NCBI RefSeq assembly: GCF_037042905.1
Contig: NC_087245.1
Coordinates: forward strand, 36,272,001-36,336,000
Source of the DNA: Lytechinus pictus
Taxonomy: Eukaryota
Direction of reading: 5' to 3'
DNA: 64,000 nt
The notes beneath the pieces are model-generated. The model searched no databases, was not told where the DNA came from, and saw nothing but the letters and a program-made list of their open reading frames with translations. Both the position numbers and the translations under genes were made by a program. Positions 12,128-25,600 of the stretch are shown piece by piece; positions within the stretch are counted from its first letter, which is position 1; every line of letters begins with the position of its first letter.

Positions 12128-15100
12128 TTTTGTTATCCACATAGCTCATTCACAAGAAGAAAGAAAGTGACAATTTTTTTTCTCCAATGAAAGTTTTTTT
12201 TCTTCAATATAATGCATGCAGTAATTATAACGTCTTTGTTTACAAAGGCTTTGACTCTGTATGTGAGAGGGAGTGATTCCCACTCCACTAATCAAATCTA
12301 CAACATATGCAAGGTATTTTCAGATCATTTGTTCGAGGTGAGACATCATAAATACAGTACACTGTCGGAACAGATACAATGCAAGATAATGGAACAAATT
12401 GCGAGTGATAACATCAACCCATCATAATTGTATGAGAGGATGTTTGATGATAAACTAACCCACCCCATATATCCCATAACAGACTGAAATGATGCTTTAA
12501 TTATAACCATTCCCACAAGCCAACAAAAAGGAAAAATCAAAAATCTTAAATCATCCATGTCATCATTTCAAATATGTCTATGCACCGATTTCAACTTGGA
12601 AGAAAAGAAAACCAAAGCAACATGTCAACGCATATATATCTTTTTTTTTTTCTTTTTCTGTTTTAAATCTTTCATAAATTCAATTTTTCACATCCTTAAT
12701 TAGCAATATATGCGACAGCACAAACATTTCCATTCTAAAACTTTTTTTTTCTATTTTTATTTTTTGCTCAACTACTTTTTTTTTCCATTGCAAGGAGTTT
12801 TGGTAGTCGAAGATACAGAAATACATCTTAGTATAAGGCAGTCAATGAATGTACATGATTTTTCTGTACACCAAAATCTGCCACTGCAGTTACTTTTTTT
12901 TTATTTGCCATAGAAATTCACTGACAATATATATAATATATATATGTATATATACACACAAAAGGTTCGAACACGCAAATGTAGAGTAAGCCTGAAATAT
13001 ATCAAATGTAGAATATGTAAAGAAGTTTGTGGCCAAGAGTAAAAAGATAGAAACAAAAGAGAAAAAGAAAACACAGTACTTGATTTACTACTCCAACGTA
13101 CTAAAAATATTTTCCTCTTTCTTTTTGGTATCGTACAAAGATAAATGCATACATCTTTCATTTTTATCATTCAGATAATGACAAGTCACTTTAAACATGT
13201 TCAAACTTTTGGAGTGTTTTTTTTTTTTTTTTGGGGGGGGGGTGGGGCTGTTTTTACCCTTGATACTATATATACGCACCATTTTCATTGAAGACAAGAT
13301 CAAATATGGTCAAACCATTGAAAGGGAAATATTCTGGAGTTTCAACAAAACTACATGAAAGAGTTTGAGAGAATACCATGGAATAGTAAAATATGAAAAA
13401 TAGATTTAAAAAAAAATGTTATATTCAAACTGAAGAAAACAAAATGATGGATACAATAAGAGCGTTAATACAATCAATCTATAATAATACACACAATCGT
13501 GTACATAGTACCTTTCCCACGTACACTCTCAAATAGTAGACTCGACCCAAGTCTTGGGATAAAAAGAACTTCAGAGAAATTAATCACACTTACAAAAATA
13601 ATGTGCTTCGACTTCTTTTGTAAAATATAGAGTCAATATGTGAGAGCAATACTGGCTGTGTGATACACAATATTCAACTCAACTTTTGAGTGATTAACAT
13701 GGAATTACAGAGAAATGATGCAATACTATTCTCCAGTCACAGTTGATACATTGAAACGGCATCATATTATCACAGAAAATGGTTTTGATATATAAATAAG
13801 CTGCGTAGAAAATTCAATGAATAATGTCAACTTTAGCTTGTATCCAGACAAAATCTACTGAGGAAAAAATGGTAAATCATATAACCCCACTTCTTTTTCC
13901 TCCTTTACGAAATGAACTATAGATGGGAGAAGGATAAAGCAACATAAAAACCAACTACAAATCTAAAATGAACTTCTAGTACACATTAAGAGGACAGCCT
14001 TTTTAACAGAATACTATGACAGCTAAGTACAGATTACTTGAGATAAAATGGAAAGAAACATTGCACATTCAACACCTGTAGATTATTTTGATGTTATAAC
14101 ATGTATTCAAATTCAATTGAAAAAAATAAACAATTACGGGAATTACAATACTGACTAAAACACATACATCTAGAGGAAAATGAGCTTTTATACCTATTTC
14201 CTATTTTTTTCACAAGAAAATTGTATGACAGATTTCACGTACATCCGAATGAAGACAATAAAACAATATTGTGCTTCTACAAGACAATCACAGCCGGATA
14301 GTTACCTTTTTTTTTCAAGATTGATGTAATGAAATTCATTACTAATCATGTGCATTAAGTATTGACCTATATTAGCTTGAATTCTACCACTAACTGAAAA
14401 AAAAAAATACTTTTGGCAAATGAATGTATGCTGATCACAATTATCTGTGGTGGCTCTTCAAGCAAAAGAAAAAGAGAGATGTTTTCTATTCTCTTCAATT
14501 CCTTGTATTTCTTTTTACAAAAAATGGAAAGGAGAAAATTACTAAAATGAGTGAAATTAATCAGTCAAAAGGCTCCCTCGTGCACATAAGTTGAAATTAA
14601 CAATTTCAAGATTTTTTTTTTTTACTAAAACTGCAAATAAAGGCAAATAATATTAAATTTTTAATCCTTAGGATTTTTATTTAAATCAACATAAAAACGT
14701 TTAAATTAAAAATGAAATCAATCAAAAAAGGAAGATATCCTCAACATCAAATGATGAAAGCCAGCTAAAGACATTTTGTGGCAAGATTTTTTCATAACAC
14801 TGAAAATGAAAAAAAAATGAAAGGATAAAGATGTTTCATTAATTTTATCAGAAAACTTTCCATAGTTTTTTCCAAGTAAGGAGCTGGAAATGATTTCATC
14901 TTCATTGACGAAATATAATTTTCTACAAAAAATAGGTAATGAAATTAATTTCAATACCTTACTACTACTACAATGGAAGATTCCTTCGATCTTCATGTTC
15001 AAATGAAAAAAAATGTACATATCATACCACCAGAGGGCGACCTATCAAGAAAACACTTCTCAAATTCATCCAGCAAGAATAGTCAATCTGCAGTGTTATG

Positions 15101-16149
15101 AGTATTACTGTGCTGACCTTAACCATTACGTTCACAACAATTCCATGTAAACTATAACCACAACCATTCCATGTAAACTATACACCAATTACTTACAATT
15201 TCAAATTCCACTGATTTGAAGAAATCTGAAATAAAACGTTCCATAAAAGGCTCGGTGCACGTTCAAAAGAAGTTAATCCTGATTTTGTCAATTTTTAAAA
15301 AATATTTCACAATCATAATGGTTCAACTATTGATCCCGAAGGAAATGCTGTAGTGCACTCGAAACTTAAAAATGTCATGCAAGTCACATTTTAACACGAT
15401 TGACTTGTCCAAATGGATGAAGAATTTTGGGCTATCTATTCATGCTTAGTGTTTTGGGCTATCTATTCATGCTTAGTGTATCTAAACAAGTTCCAAGATA
15501 TTTTGGGGATGGTGGAAAGATACTTTAAGGAAATTCAGACATATACAGAAAGGTAAGATATCTCCAATAGTGTCACGTCACATTACTCATAGTGAGAAAG
15601 GAGAAATATCTTCCAACAATTATGACTGAACACCAAACAAAGATTTCTGTTTTATACATACCTTGAATCAATACACTGAATGAACATATTCAAGAAATAC
15701 TGGCCTAAAAAATTAAGCTTCCAGGTCCTTAATCTTTTTTTTAATAAGATATTTTTGTATGGATATCGAGCGAGTCACCATGGAATGGCTGTTTTAAAGA
15801 TGTCTTTATTCATCCAAATGGATTTCGGGGTGCAATGCGACGCCCATGCTTACCAGATGTGCTACAGGTCAGTGCATTAACACTACTATATAGTATGATA
15901 CTGGAAGGTTATGACACTGACCTTGCGGCATCAATAACGACATCCACGGCAGTCCGTACCAATCTACAGGCCAACCAACCTTCCATAAGTCCAATAATAG
16001 GAAAGTTTTCCCAATCACGATTCTACAGCATAGAAAACCTATTGTCAAAACCCCTTTGTGACAAAGCAGTCTTTGTCGAAAACGGTGAATCAAAACGGCA
16101 GTGTCGTCCTGGACACATATTTGCAAATTTTCATCAGCTCCGAATCTAA

Positions 16150-16565
16150 AGGCCACCGCACACCTTACGACTGGTCTGCGACCCGATTTCAGAATAAAAT
16201 GTAATAGAATTTGATGCTAATATTGAGACTTGGAATAAGTTACTGTGTAATGTTCGAAATCATTGTACGAATACTTATGATCAAATTTGTGACTATGCTA
16301 TCATCCTTCTTAGAATAAAAGCAAATTTAATATCTAGTCGTAATGACGTCATAGCAGTCTTACGATTGGCTACGATTTGAAACTAATTTGGACTTTACTC
16401 CAAAATAAGGGCTTGCAATTTTTCAAAATTGTTATAATATTATTATTTCAATCAATTTTAACCTCAAATAAAATGATATGTTCCATTCACATCTTCAGAA
16501 AATGAGCAAAATGTGATTTGTTCCAAAATCGGGTCGCAGACCAGTCGTAAGGTGTGCGGTCGCCT
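16150..16565. mobile_element. PIF/Harbinger-like MITE
   Basis: TIR of about 40 bp (aggccaccgcacaccttacgactggtctgcgacccgattt) with TAA target duplication. Confidence 0.85.
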
Positions 16566-16661
16566 TAACAACGATCTGCTGTCCCGGTGCACCAAAATTT
16601 GACAAAGACCTCTAAGCTGTTCATTCATTATGATTTGACAGACATTTCAAATAGATTTTCT

Positions 16662-16973
16662 GGCGCGTATTCTGAAGTCAGGTTTAACTTAAACTCAGGT
16701 TTAAAGTTGTGGTTTAAGTATGGGAAGCCAAAAGTATCAATTTTTTTCAATAAGTTGTATGCTTCTTATGTTTACTGTGCTCTTTCCTGATTCATTGATG
16801 GTGAAGACAATCATCTATTTATACTTCCTAGACAGTTATAAATGATTTCAGAGCCAAATGAGCTGAAAGATGATATCTCTACCGTTAGTGATTTATGTAA
16901 CAATTGGCTATCCATACTTAAACCACAACTTTAAACCTGAGTTTAAGTTAAACCTGACTTCAGAATACGGGCC
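16662..16973. mobile_element. MITE (GGCCCGTATTCTGAAGTC family)
   Basis: TIR of about 60 bp. Near-identical copy at 50035-50343 and partial copy near 25363-25610. Confidence 0.85.
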
Positions 16974-18045
16974 TATGTGTTTAAGGATTCATCCCCATCG
17001 CGATTGCAAAATCTGGCTATTCAGCCAAGCAGAAGCAATTCCTCTCGCTGAATTTCTCTAGATGTAGATTCATCAATGCACAGAAAACCTTGAAGAATTA
17101 TTTAAAGATCTTTCCCTTTTTTTCTCCTGGACTTGTACTTTTCATATTTTTTTTCTTCCAATCTTGGATATGGGGAGACATACAGTATTACAAGCATAGG
17201 TCTACATGAACTTTCTTCACAGTCAAACATCAACCATAATAAACAGAGATCTCCACAAAACATCTGAAAATATTAGCATACTACTGTATGGTTCTCAAAA
17301 GCCTTTCAAGTCAAAATAAAATTTAGAAAGTTCAAACCTACATTACTTTTTTTTAATGAAATAAAATCAAGATGTGCTTTTCCAACAATGTTATAATCTT
17401 ACATTAGTAATCAGTGCTCCCCTTGAAAATTGAAAATTCTTAAAGACAATTCCTATTAAGGCTTCATACACACAAATTATTTTTACAACAAATGAACAAT
17501 AACATATTTCTTTCAATGCTTTCTTTTTATCTCTATGTACAGCGAAACATTTTGAAAAAAAGCAATATATATTTATAAACCAGCACCCTACATTTACAAG
17601 TTTTTCCTTGTTTTTTTTTTGTAACAAAAATATTAGATTTCTTTTGATAGCCATAAAAGGGAGGAATTGAACAGTGGCATGTTAAGTTGAACATGATTTG
17701 AGTGGCACAAAGCTATTCCAGATAGAAAACTGAATCTGGAACCTCCATTCCATTCACAAATTCAAGAAATACAAAAAATGACTCCAGTGTATGGTGATTT
17801 TCCCCCCTCTCCTTTGGATGACCCGCGATTTGAGAGGGTTAGGATTTTCCTTAAAAAAAAACAACTCTGCAGTAGAAAGACCCCCCTCCACATTTCTCCT
17901 TAATCTGCATAACTTGACCATTCTCCCTGATATTTTGACTAAAATAAAAATCGCAGTGGGTGATTTCAAGTACAGTAAGCGCTTTAAGCTGGGGGTCACA
18001 CTGGCAAACAAAGCATTTAACACCAACTGTTAGTTTAGAACAGTA

Positions 18046-18366
18046 CAGGGTTCCCACAGAAATTTGAAAACAGAATTCCATGACTTTTCCATGACTAAAT
18101 TGCTGCTTTCCATGACTTCCCGTGACGTCCCGGGAGTTATGTAGAATTTGGGATGGCAAAAAACTGGGAAAAAATGGAAATCATCAACACCAATTATAAC
18201 AGCAGAGTATGATCACAGAGTATGAGAGTTGCGAGACACGACAAACGGGAAAGCTGCCATAGCCAAGAGGTAAATGCAATTTTATGACTTTTCACAAATT
18301 TTCAAATTCCCTGACTTTCCATGACCACAAATTTTTCCAGGATTTTCCATGACTATGGGAACCCTA
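18046..18366. mobile_element. Short TIR element (CAGGGTTCCCA termini, hAT-like)
   Basis: Termini cagggttcccac and tgggaaccct, internal ttccatgac repeats; TSD not evident. Confidence 0.6.
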
Positions 18367-21300
18367 CACTATTGATAGCTCAATCACTATTTTTTCAAAA
18401 CTCTCTGTACTAGGTTAGCCCATCAACTTTTGCTTCATAGTACAACTGATTTATATAATTCATTCACTGAGTAATTATTTGATGGTGAGCCTCCAGAAAT
18501 CACTCTTACAAACCCTCCACAAAACCAACAAAAAATGGGTGAGAGGGTGGGTTCTTTTACAGATGATGAAGAACAACCCAAGGATCATTAATCAACACAT
18601 TGCGAAGTATAATAAAAGGAATGACTGTACAGTAAAGAAAATAATTATAGATTACATTAATGTTCGGGGTCAGCACTATATATTTACCTGGTGAGATACA
18701 ATCAAACTTTCCTCGTACCATCTCCACTTCCTGGGGAGTATTCCAGCCAGTCGCCATGTACGACCTACACAAGGCTGAGTCTCCTCTCATTCTCATCTAG
18801 CAGAGTTTCTTCTACTGATATGAAATACAAGTGGGGTCTGATATCAGGGGATCTCTGAGCTCGGAACGAAAACATGATCTACCGCTTCCTTTACAGTTAC
18901 CCAAATCTCCCGACATATTGAGAATACAAACAAAACAATCACCGTGATATGAAATGAAAGATATTTCGGTTATATCCATCAACAAATAAGAGCGGAATCG
19001 CGTCACTCTCTTGATTAACATGTGTGAAAAATAGATATTTTCAGAATGGTTTTGAAGATAAGTACTGAGGATTTATCATAGCTTGAATTCCTTGTGACGA
19101 GGCATCCCATGAACTGTATACGTCAGTGTTACCATACTTATGCAAGCTTATACACATTTTACAAATCTTTAATACTCTCATCTCAGAGGTACACGATTGT
19201 TCTATCTGTAGATATTATATTTCTAGCACAGGTAGCTGGACATAAAATGGACACATCATCATGCATAAGGAGTCTCTTATAAATTGGCAAGCTCATTTTC
19301 TTGAATCAGAGGGAAACAACATGGACTAATGCAACATTTGTTATACTACCACCTCCACTTTCAAGAATACCACAATGCATTCTTGGGTATGTGGATAGGT
19401 GACTGAAAGAGGCTTGCATATAGCTGGAGAATACAACATCATGTCTGAAGGCCAAGCGTTTTGCTCTACGATGCAAGGGCTGGCAACACACAATATCTAC
19501 ACGTGCTGGACATACTCTTTGTCACTTATAAGTACATCTTGTGGTGATGTCTGAAATCCTCTAGTAATCACGATGATGGGTAATGGCAAGTAATGTATTC
19601 TCCATAGTTTGCGACAAGAAAGACGGATCATTGACGAGATCGACAACGCAGGAATACTGTTCGCTTCATTCGTAGCATCAAGAGGGCAATGATAAAGACA
19701 TCTTTTTAAGTCTGTCCCGGACGATTCCGTTTTGCTCCAATCTGCATTGTTTGACATCTCCAGAGGATAAACGATGCTCTCTACAAAGAACTCTCAGGTA
19801 ATCATTCTTGCCGATCCCCTACCTGCTACAATCACCAATGCCAGGTATACATCTTGAGATGTGTTAAGCATGTACAGCACTTCAAAAATAAATTGGATAA
19901 CACCGTAACCGTGTAAAATTTATGCAACATATCTATGTTACCATTCAGATTACCACTTTCCTGTTATCACGAGAGGGGATTCAAAGTGTGATTACATTAG
20001 GATTTGATGTCACAGATGATCTGATGAATAATATAATTTGAATTGATCGTGGGGCTGAATTCTATGATTGATTGTAATAATCGTTGTGTATGATCAATCA
20101 CAAACATCAGTCCAATAATCAATTGCTAAGCTATCTGTTACGAGGCCCAGGTGATGTTACACGGTTTGAACACATTAAGCAAAATGTTCCATCAGCATGC
20201 TTTACATAACTCCATTCAACCCAAAGAGATAAAGTGTATCTGTTTTTTAAGATAACCTTTTGCAGTTCCTCTTTCTCCTCAATACTAGCAACCAATCATG
20301 GAATAAGATTGGGAAAAAATCATATATGTACTGAAATTTTTTGAGGGTATCCAGTGCAGCATGTTTTGCAATTCCGAAACAAGAGCTAATCCTTGCTCTT
20401 CAAACTGGCAATGGAATGAAAACAAAATCACAATCTAAAATCACAAATTAGCATCTTCATTAAAACTTTGTTATCATTCATTTTAATATCCATTTTCTTC
20501 TCATTCAAACTATGCATGAAACATTGAGAAGTGTGGCCAATTTGAAGAACACAAACATACCTGCAATAATAGCAGGATGAGAAAGATCCAGTGTAGGAAA
20601 TCATTCTAATTTTTAAGGGGCTATTTTTTTTTCCAACTCAAAGGTGATTGCTGAATTTTAGGGGTTATTTCTTTCTTTCCAATGGTATACCGTTTTGTGC
20701 AACAAGCAATTATGCTGCAAAAGCATTTTTTTCATTATTCTGCTGTGTGTAGAAAATTGATTTTCTAAGCTTTCTTGAATATTGTTGTGGCAGAATCATT
20801 GGGGCAACTTTATAAGAGATGGATTAAGGATTAAGTTTTGGAAATTTGCCCTCGTGTATTATTTAAGCTGGATAAATCAGAACTAAGTAACAGTATCTAG
20901 TAAATCTGTTACCCAAAGACATTTTCCATAAATCAAAGATTTTTTAACGCTATCAAATACTAATATAAGGTCTTCTTACACTGGAACAAATTCCCCTTAT
21001 AGGGTATTTTTGGTTATCTTTCAAATTCCCCTCAGCACACAGTGCTGTGACACCTACTCCCTGTACAAATATACATCTTTTCTATTCATTTAGAAGCACC
21101 TATGCTTCTTACAAACAATCCTCAAGATATTCTCTTGATGCAGGAAACATCCCTCCATGCGCCTTTCCCCACACCTTTCACAGGTAATGTTCACCAATGG
21201 TTAACAAGTCACAGTCAACCTCTTATCCGCATGTAGGCACACCACAGCTGCATCGTCCCTTTGGACGAGTTTATCAACCTTTCGAGTCTCTCTTGGCTCA

Positions 21301-22212
21301 ACTTCCTGATTCCATTTCTAAACTTCTTCCGCAAGGGCGATCCTAATTCTCCTTTCAAAAGTCCTCTCTGACAAGTTCCCTGCACACATGGCGTCTCACG
21401 GTTACAAACGAATTACAAAGTCACAAGCGAAGCTCATCTTGCTGCTTTGCAAAACCATTAAGCTTGGTGCTTGTGTTTTTTTTTATATCTCACAAAGCAG
21501 ATCTCTACATAAAATGACAATAGTCAACAGAAAAAAAACAACAAGTTGTTCATGTAATTGAAAGACAAGGGCATCATCAATGATTGTCCACTGACACGGC
21601 CGTTGCCTGGTGAATCAATTGCTAGTATAATTGCCTACAAGCAGGAACTGACAAATGCTGCGTCTGGAAGCCACCTTTCCAACCAATCAAAAGTTGTGTC
21701 AATGCTACATTTTGGCATACCACATAAAGACATTTTAAACAAAAAAATTTCAGTGTCAAAGAAAAATCTATGCTGGTCCTCTCCAGAATTCATTCATTCA
21801 TTCATCACTTCAAAACAAAGCACAGTTTTGAAAAATTCACCTCCACATCCGCAACATTATGATCATCTTAAGTAATGTTTCAATGTTGACAAATCACCGC
21901 TGCTACAGGTATAAAGTATACCAAACCCATTTTCCAATCAGTATAATATTCATTCCATCGTAGATTACGAAGTAACCTCAGCTCAAGTACTTTCACATGG
22001 ATGAAAGTCGTAATAAAGTTGACTGTCCTGCTCCATGAAGGAAGACCAACCTCCAGTTGTGACAATTCCCATCGTTATTCCTCATTCTATTCGTTTAAAG
22101 TGCGAGCACTGTGCAGCTCAATTTTTTTGGCAAAGTAAACATTTCCACTACGAGAAGCAGGCCGAGCGAAATGTGTGCTGCCTTGCTCCCTCCATAGAAG
22201 AGGAAGCCAATG

Positions 22213-22611
22213 TTACTTGCTGGCAGGTTTATGATGGGGTGGAGATCTTCTACCCCCATACTCTCCCCTTCCTCTATGTCTACCTCCAGAGTAAAAGTGC
22301 CCGTCCCCTCCGTTCTGTTCCATCTTGGGACCCCGCCCATACCGCGGGAACCTCTGAGGCTTGGAATTCATCGGCTGCACGTGTGGCTGCGAGTTGGCGT
22401 GGTTGGAGAGTGGGGTAGACATGTTATTCACAGTTCTCTCATGGCTAGAGGAGTTTGAGTTCGGCATGTCTTTCGGACCGGAGGTCGGTGCAGTGGTTTT
22501 GTTACCGCTATTAGTTTTGGAAGGTTCTGGGTTCTCTGCCTGGTTGGCCTTGGCTGCCGACATCTTGGCAATGACTTGTGCATAGCTGAGCCTTGGTGGT
22601 GGTATACCATC
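22213..22611 (-). CDS. LARP4: LARP4 last coding exon ([16 protein letters not shown]...[20 protein letters not shown])
   Basis: Acceptor ttcttgtctttcaatttag, LSYAxV motif, TAA stop at 22213-22215. Confidence 0.9.
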   Translation of the reverse strand, partial: DGIPPPRLSYAQVIAKMSAAKANQAENPEPSKTNSGNKTTAPTSGPKDMPNSNSSSHERTVNNMSTPLSNHANSQPHVQPMNSKPQRFPRYGRGPKMEQNGGDGHFYSGGRHRGRGEYGGRRSPPHHKPASK

Positions 22612-25600
22612 CTAAATTGAAAGACAAGAAATGAAAGTGAAGAGGATTACCCCAAGTACAGACTGCACCTATTGCCTGAGGACCACTGAAGATTAAAATC
22701 AAACTTAATTTCCTTCTCATCTTCAATGCTAGGTATATTTTCTGGTTTGATATCATTTTGGTGAAGTTAAAAGTCTGACCGTGTTCAATAATAAGTTATA
22801 ACTCTTTCTTTTTTTTAAACTAACTTCCCAATTTTCTCAAAAATTAGGAAGATATTAATAAAGCAATATCAACATAAAAAGAACAATTACAAGTAGTAGG
22901 GGGAATTAAAAGAAATTCTATTTATGATTCACTTTAATCTAAAATAACAGCTCCTTAAATGAGAGTGTCAGATCCATTCTTATTGATTATTAAAAAAAAA
23001 AATCATTGGACAACCAATGATTTTTTTTTAATATATATATATTAAGAATGCAATTATGACTTCAAGTAATTACACTGAACAGCTGAATAGGTACCCTTTC
23101 CATCGTAGAGAATGAAAATAATAATAAATAATAATTAACAAGTCTCATGAACTAAAAAGAAGTTTGACATTGCAAAAACTTAATTCGATTTATGCCTCTG
23201 CCTCCGTATTATACGACACACCCAACTACGACCTTTGGTCTTGTGATCACAAACATAGGACAGGACAACCCAAAACCCTAATGCCTAGGGCAACCAACTA
23301 CAGTGGGTGGAGGTATGATTTTATATATGTATATCATATATTATCCATGCATCTGCATATGGATACAATTGGAAAAGAATCCATTTTATGTTGATAATTT
23401 TATATCTGCCCTTCTTTATCAATAAAATAAATTATGTAGAACATGAAAAGAGGGAGACAAACAAGAAAATGGAAATAAAGAGAAATATGCATGGGCAACA
23501 CTACAAACACTACAGAAGGATAAAATGTAATGGTGGCAATTAGACTTCCGAGAGTGAAGGCAATGAAAGAAAATGATTGATTGAAGGCAAAAAAAAAAAA
23601 AAGGCTGCTGATGATCACAAGAGAGTAGGATTAAGGTTGTTGAAAAATGAGATGGAATTAACTTATTCCAAGACCTAAAATAGAAGCCACATGATCTTGG
23701 GATCATCACTGATGAATAAGAAGACCCAATTGAGATAACCTTCCTACGGATGCAGGGAAGGCTGGATACATACCGATGTCTTGACGGCTGCGACCTGGGC
23801 TGCCGCACTCGAGTTGCTGCTCCCTGCCAAAGCCGATGATCTCCCTGAGGCAGACACATGAGAGGCAGCAGAAGAGGTGGCTGACGTTGCCGTGCCAACC
23901 GATGATGTCACCGCCTGCGTTGCCATGGAAACAGACTTGGTGCATTCAGATGAGACTGGATGGATGCTGCTGCTACTGCTGCTGGTCTTGGATGCAGCAG
24001 GCGTTGCAGAGGAAGAGGAGTTGGTGGTCGTGGAGGAGGAGGATGGATGTGTGGTAGATGTAGCTGTCATGGATGCCCTAGAGTTGTGCTTGGTAGCAGA
24101 GCTGGTCGAGGATGCAGCCATGCTCCCATGAGCCGGAGATGCCTCCATCTTAGATGATTGCTTCTCCTCTGGGTCAGTCTGAGTGTACGACGATGTTTGC
24201 TTTTGCCTGTGAAGCAATCAGTGTCACAGGGTTAAACTATCTTAAAAAGGGGTGTTGCAAGAATTTAGTTCAAAATCGATGGCAAAAATCAAATCAGAAT
24301 TATTAAATGATACAAGAAAAAGTCTCATCTTTAGCTAATCAATCTAAAATTCCTGCAATTTTAACATGAAGAGGATTTCTTTAATACTGATTGTAAATTT
24401 GTGTCCATAATTAACCAATGACTTCCACTCAATTCAACAAGCAATCTTTGAGTTCACCAGGCACTTTTGTGAGAAGCAGACTGGTACTCAATTACAAATT
24501 TACAATCACAATGAAATTAGAGACCTGAGATTGACTTTCAACTGATGGCAAACTTGCTCTCACCCCCCCCCCCCCCCGGAAATCAGGGGAGCGTTTCATG
24601 AAAGTTGTCAGCACTGACAAGGGCAAGTTGGCTTTCTCCGACAGGTACCATAGTAACAGTCAGAGGCAAGTGCCTCACAGCTGATCAAAACCAAGGATTT
24701 CACTGAAATTGTCAGCACCGACAATTTAGTAAGTGCTGACAACTTCCATGAAACACCCCCCCCCCCTTTATGACAAGCTTTGAATGTACATGAAATATTC
24801 TAACCCCAAACCATAAAAGAAGCTCTATCTGTTCATATAGACCACCTTTGTATCCATAAGGTGGTCTTCCTAGGTAGGTTAGACTATACCAGGGAATAAT
24901 TTTCCTGGTATCGCATCGCAATTTGCTCCACATTTTTGAAAGACTGCTATGCATAAAAATTACTTTGTAGCATATTTTTACATAGTTGTACATTACTTAG
25001 CTTTTCTCTTATGACCAAAAATGCTATTCAAATTTGTAAAGCATAATTAATCCCTGCTATACCATATGTCTATGTCAGGCAGACCTCATTCACCGACTTA
25101 CTTGGTATTTTGTGGAGTTGGTGGTGCCGGTTTAGGGGTAGGTGCGACCGATTTCTCGGCTTCCTTGCTTGCAGAGGATTGACTGGCTGTATTAGTTGAG
25201 CTGTCTTTAGTTGATGGCACTGGTACTGGCTTAGGTTCAACCGGTCTCGCAGCTCGCTGTCAAGGATAATATACACACTAAGATCTTCAATCACAAACAA
25301 TGAGAGCCACATAACACAGAGCCTAGGTATTGATTGGAGGAGTGATTCATACAACTCATCAGCCCATATTCTGGGTTTAACTTAAATTCAGGTTTAAAGT
25401 TGTGGTTTAAGTATGGATAGCCAATTGTTACATAAATCATTACATAAATCACTAACAGTAAAAATATCATAGTTCAGCTCATTTGGCTCTCAAATCATTC
25501 TTAATTGTCTAGGAAGCATAAAAAGATGATTGACTTCACCATCCATGAATCGGGAAAGAGCACAGTAAATGTGAGAAACATACAACTTAATAAAAATGTT

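Larger units (their letters stand above)
12100..22212 (-). other. LARP4: Probable long 3' UTR of LARP4 (up to ~10 kb)
   Basis: U-rich on the minus strand, no credible coding exons, ends at AATAAA followed by a GU/U-rich tract. The extent is inferred, not shown. Confidence 0.5.

Noticed and set aside
15423..15478. 27-bp tandem duplication (similar short ones near 47325-47372 and 15140-15183)
   Set aside because: Ordinary local slippage duplications with no sign of function.
15835..21875. Short ORFs in the putative 3' UTR (e.g. 15835-16149, 19497-19757, 21558-21875)
   Set aside because: No recognisable domains or convincing splice sites, and lengths are within chance expectation.
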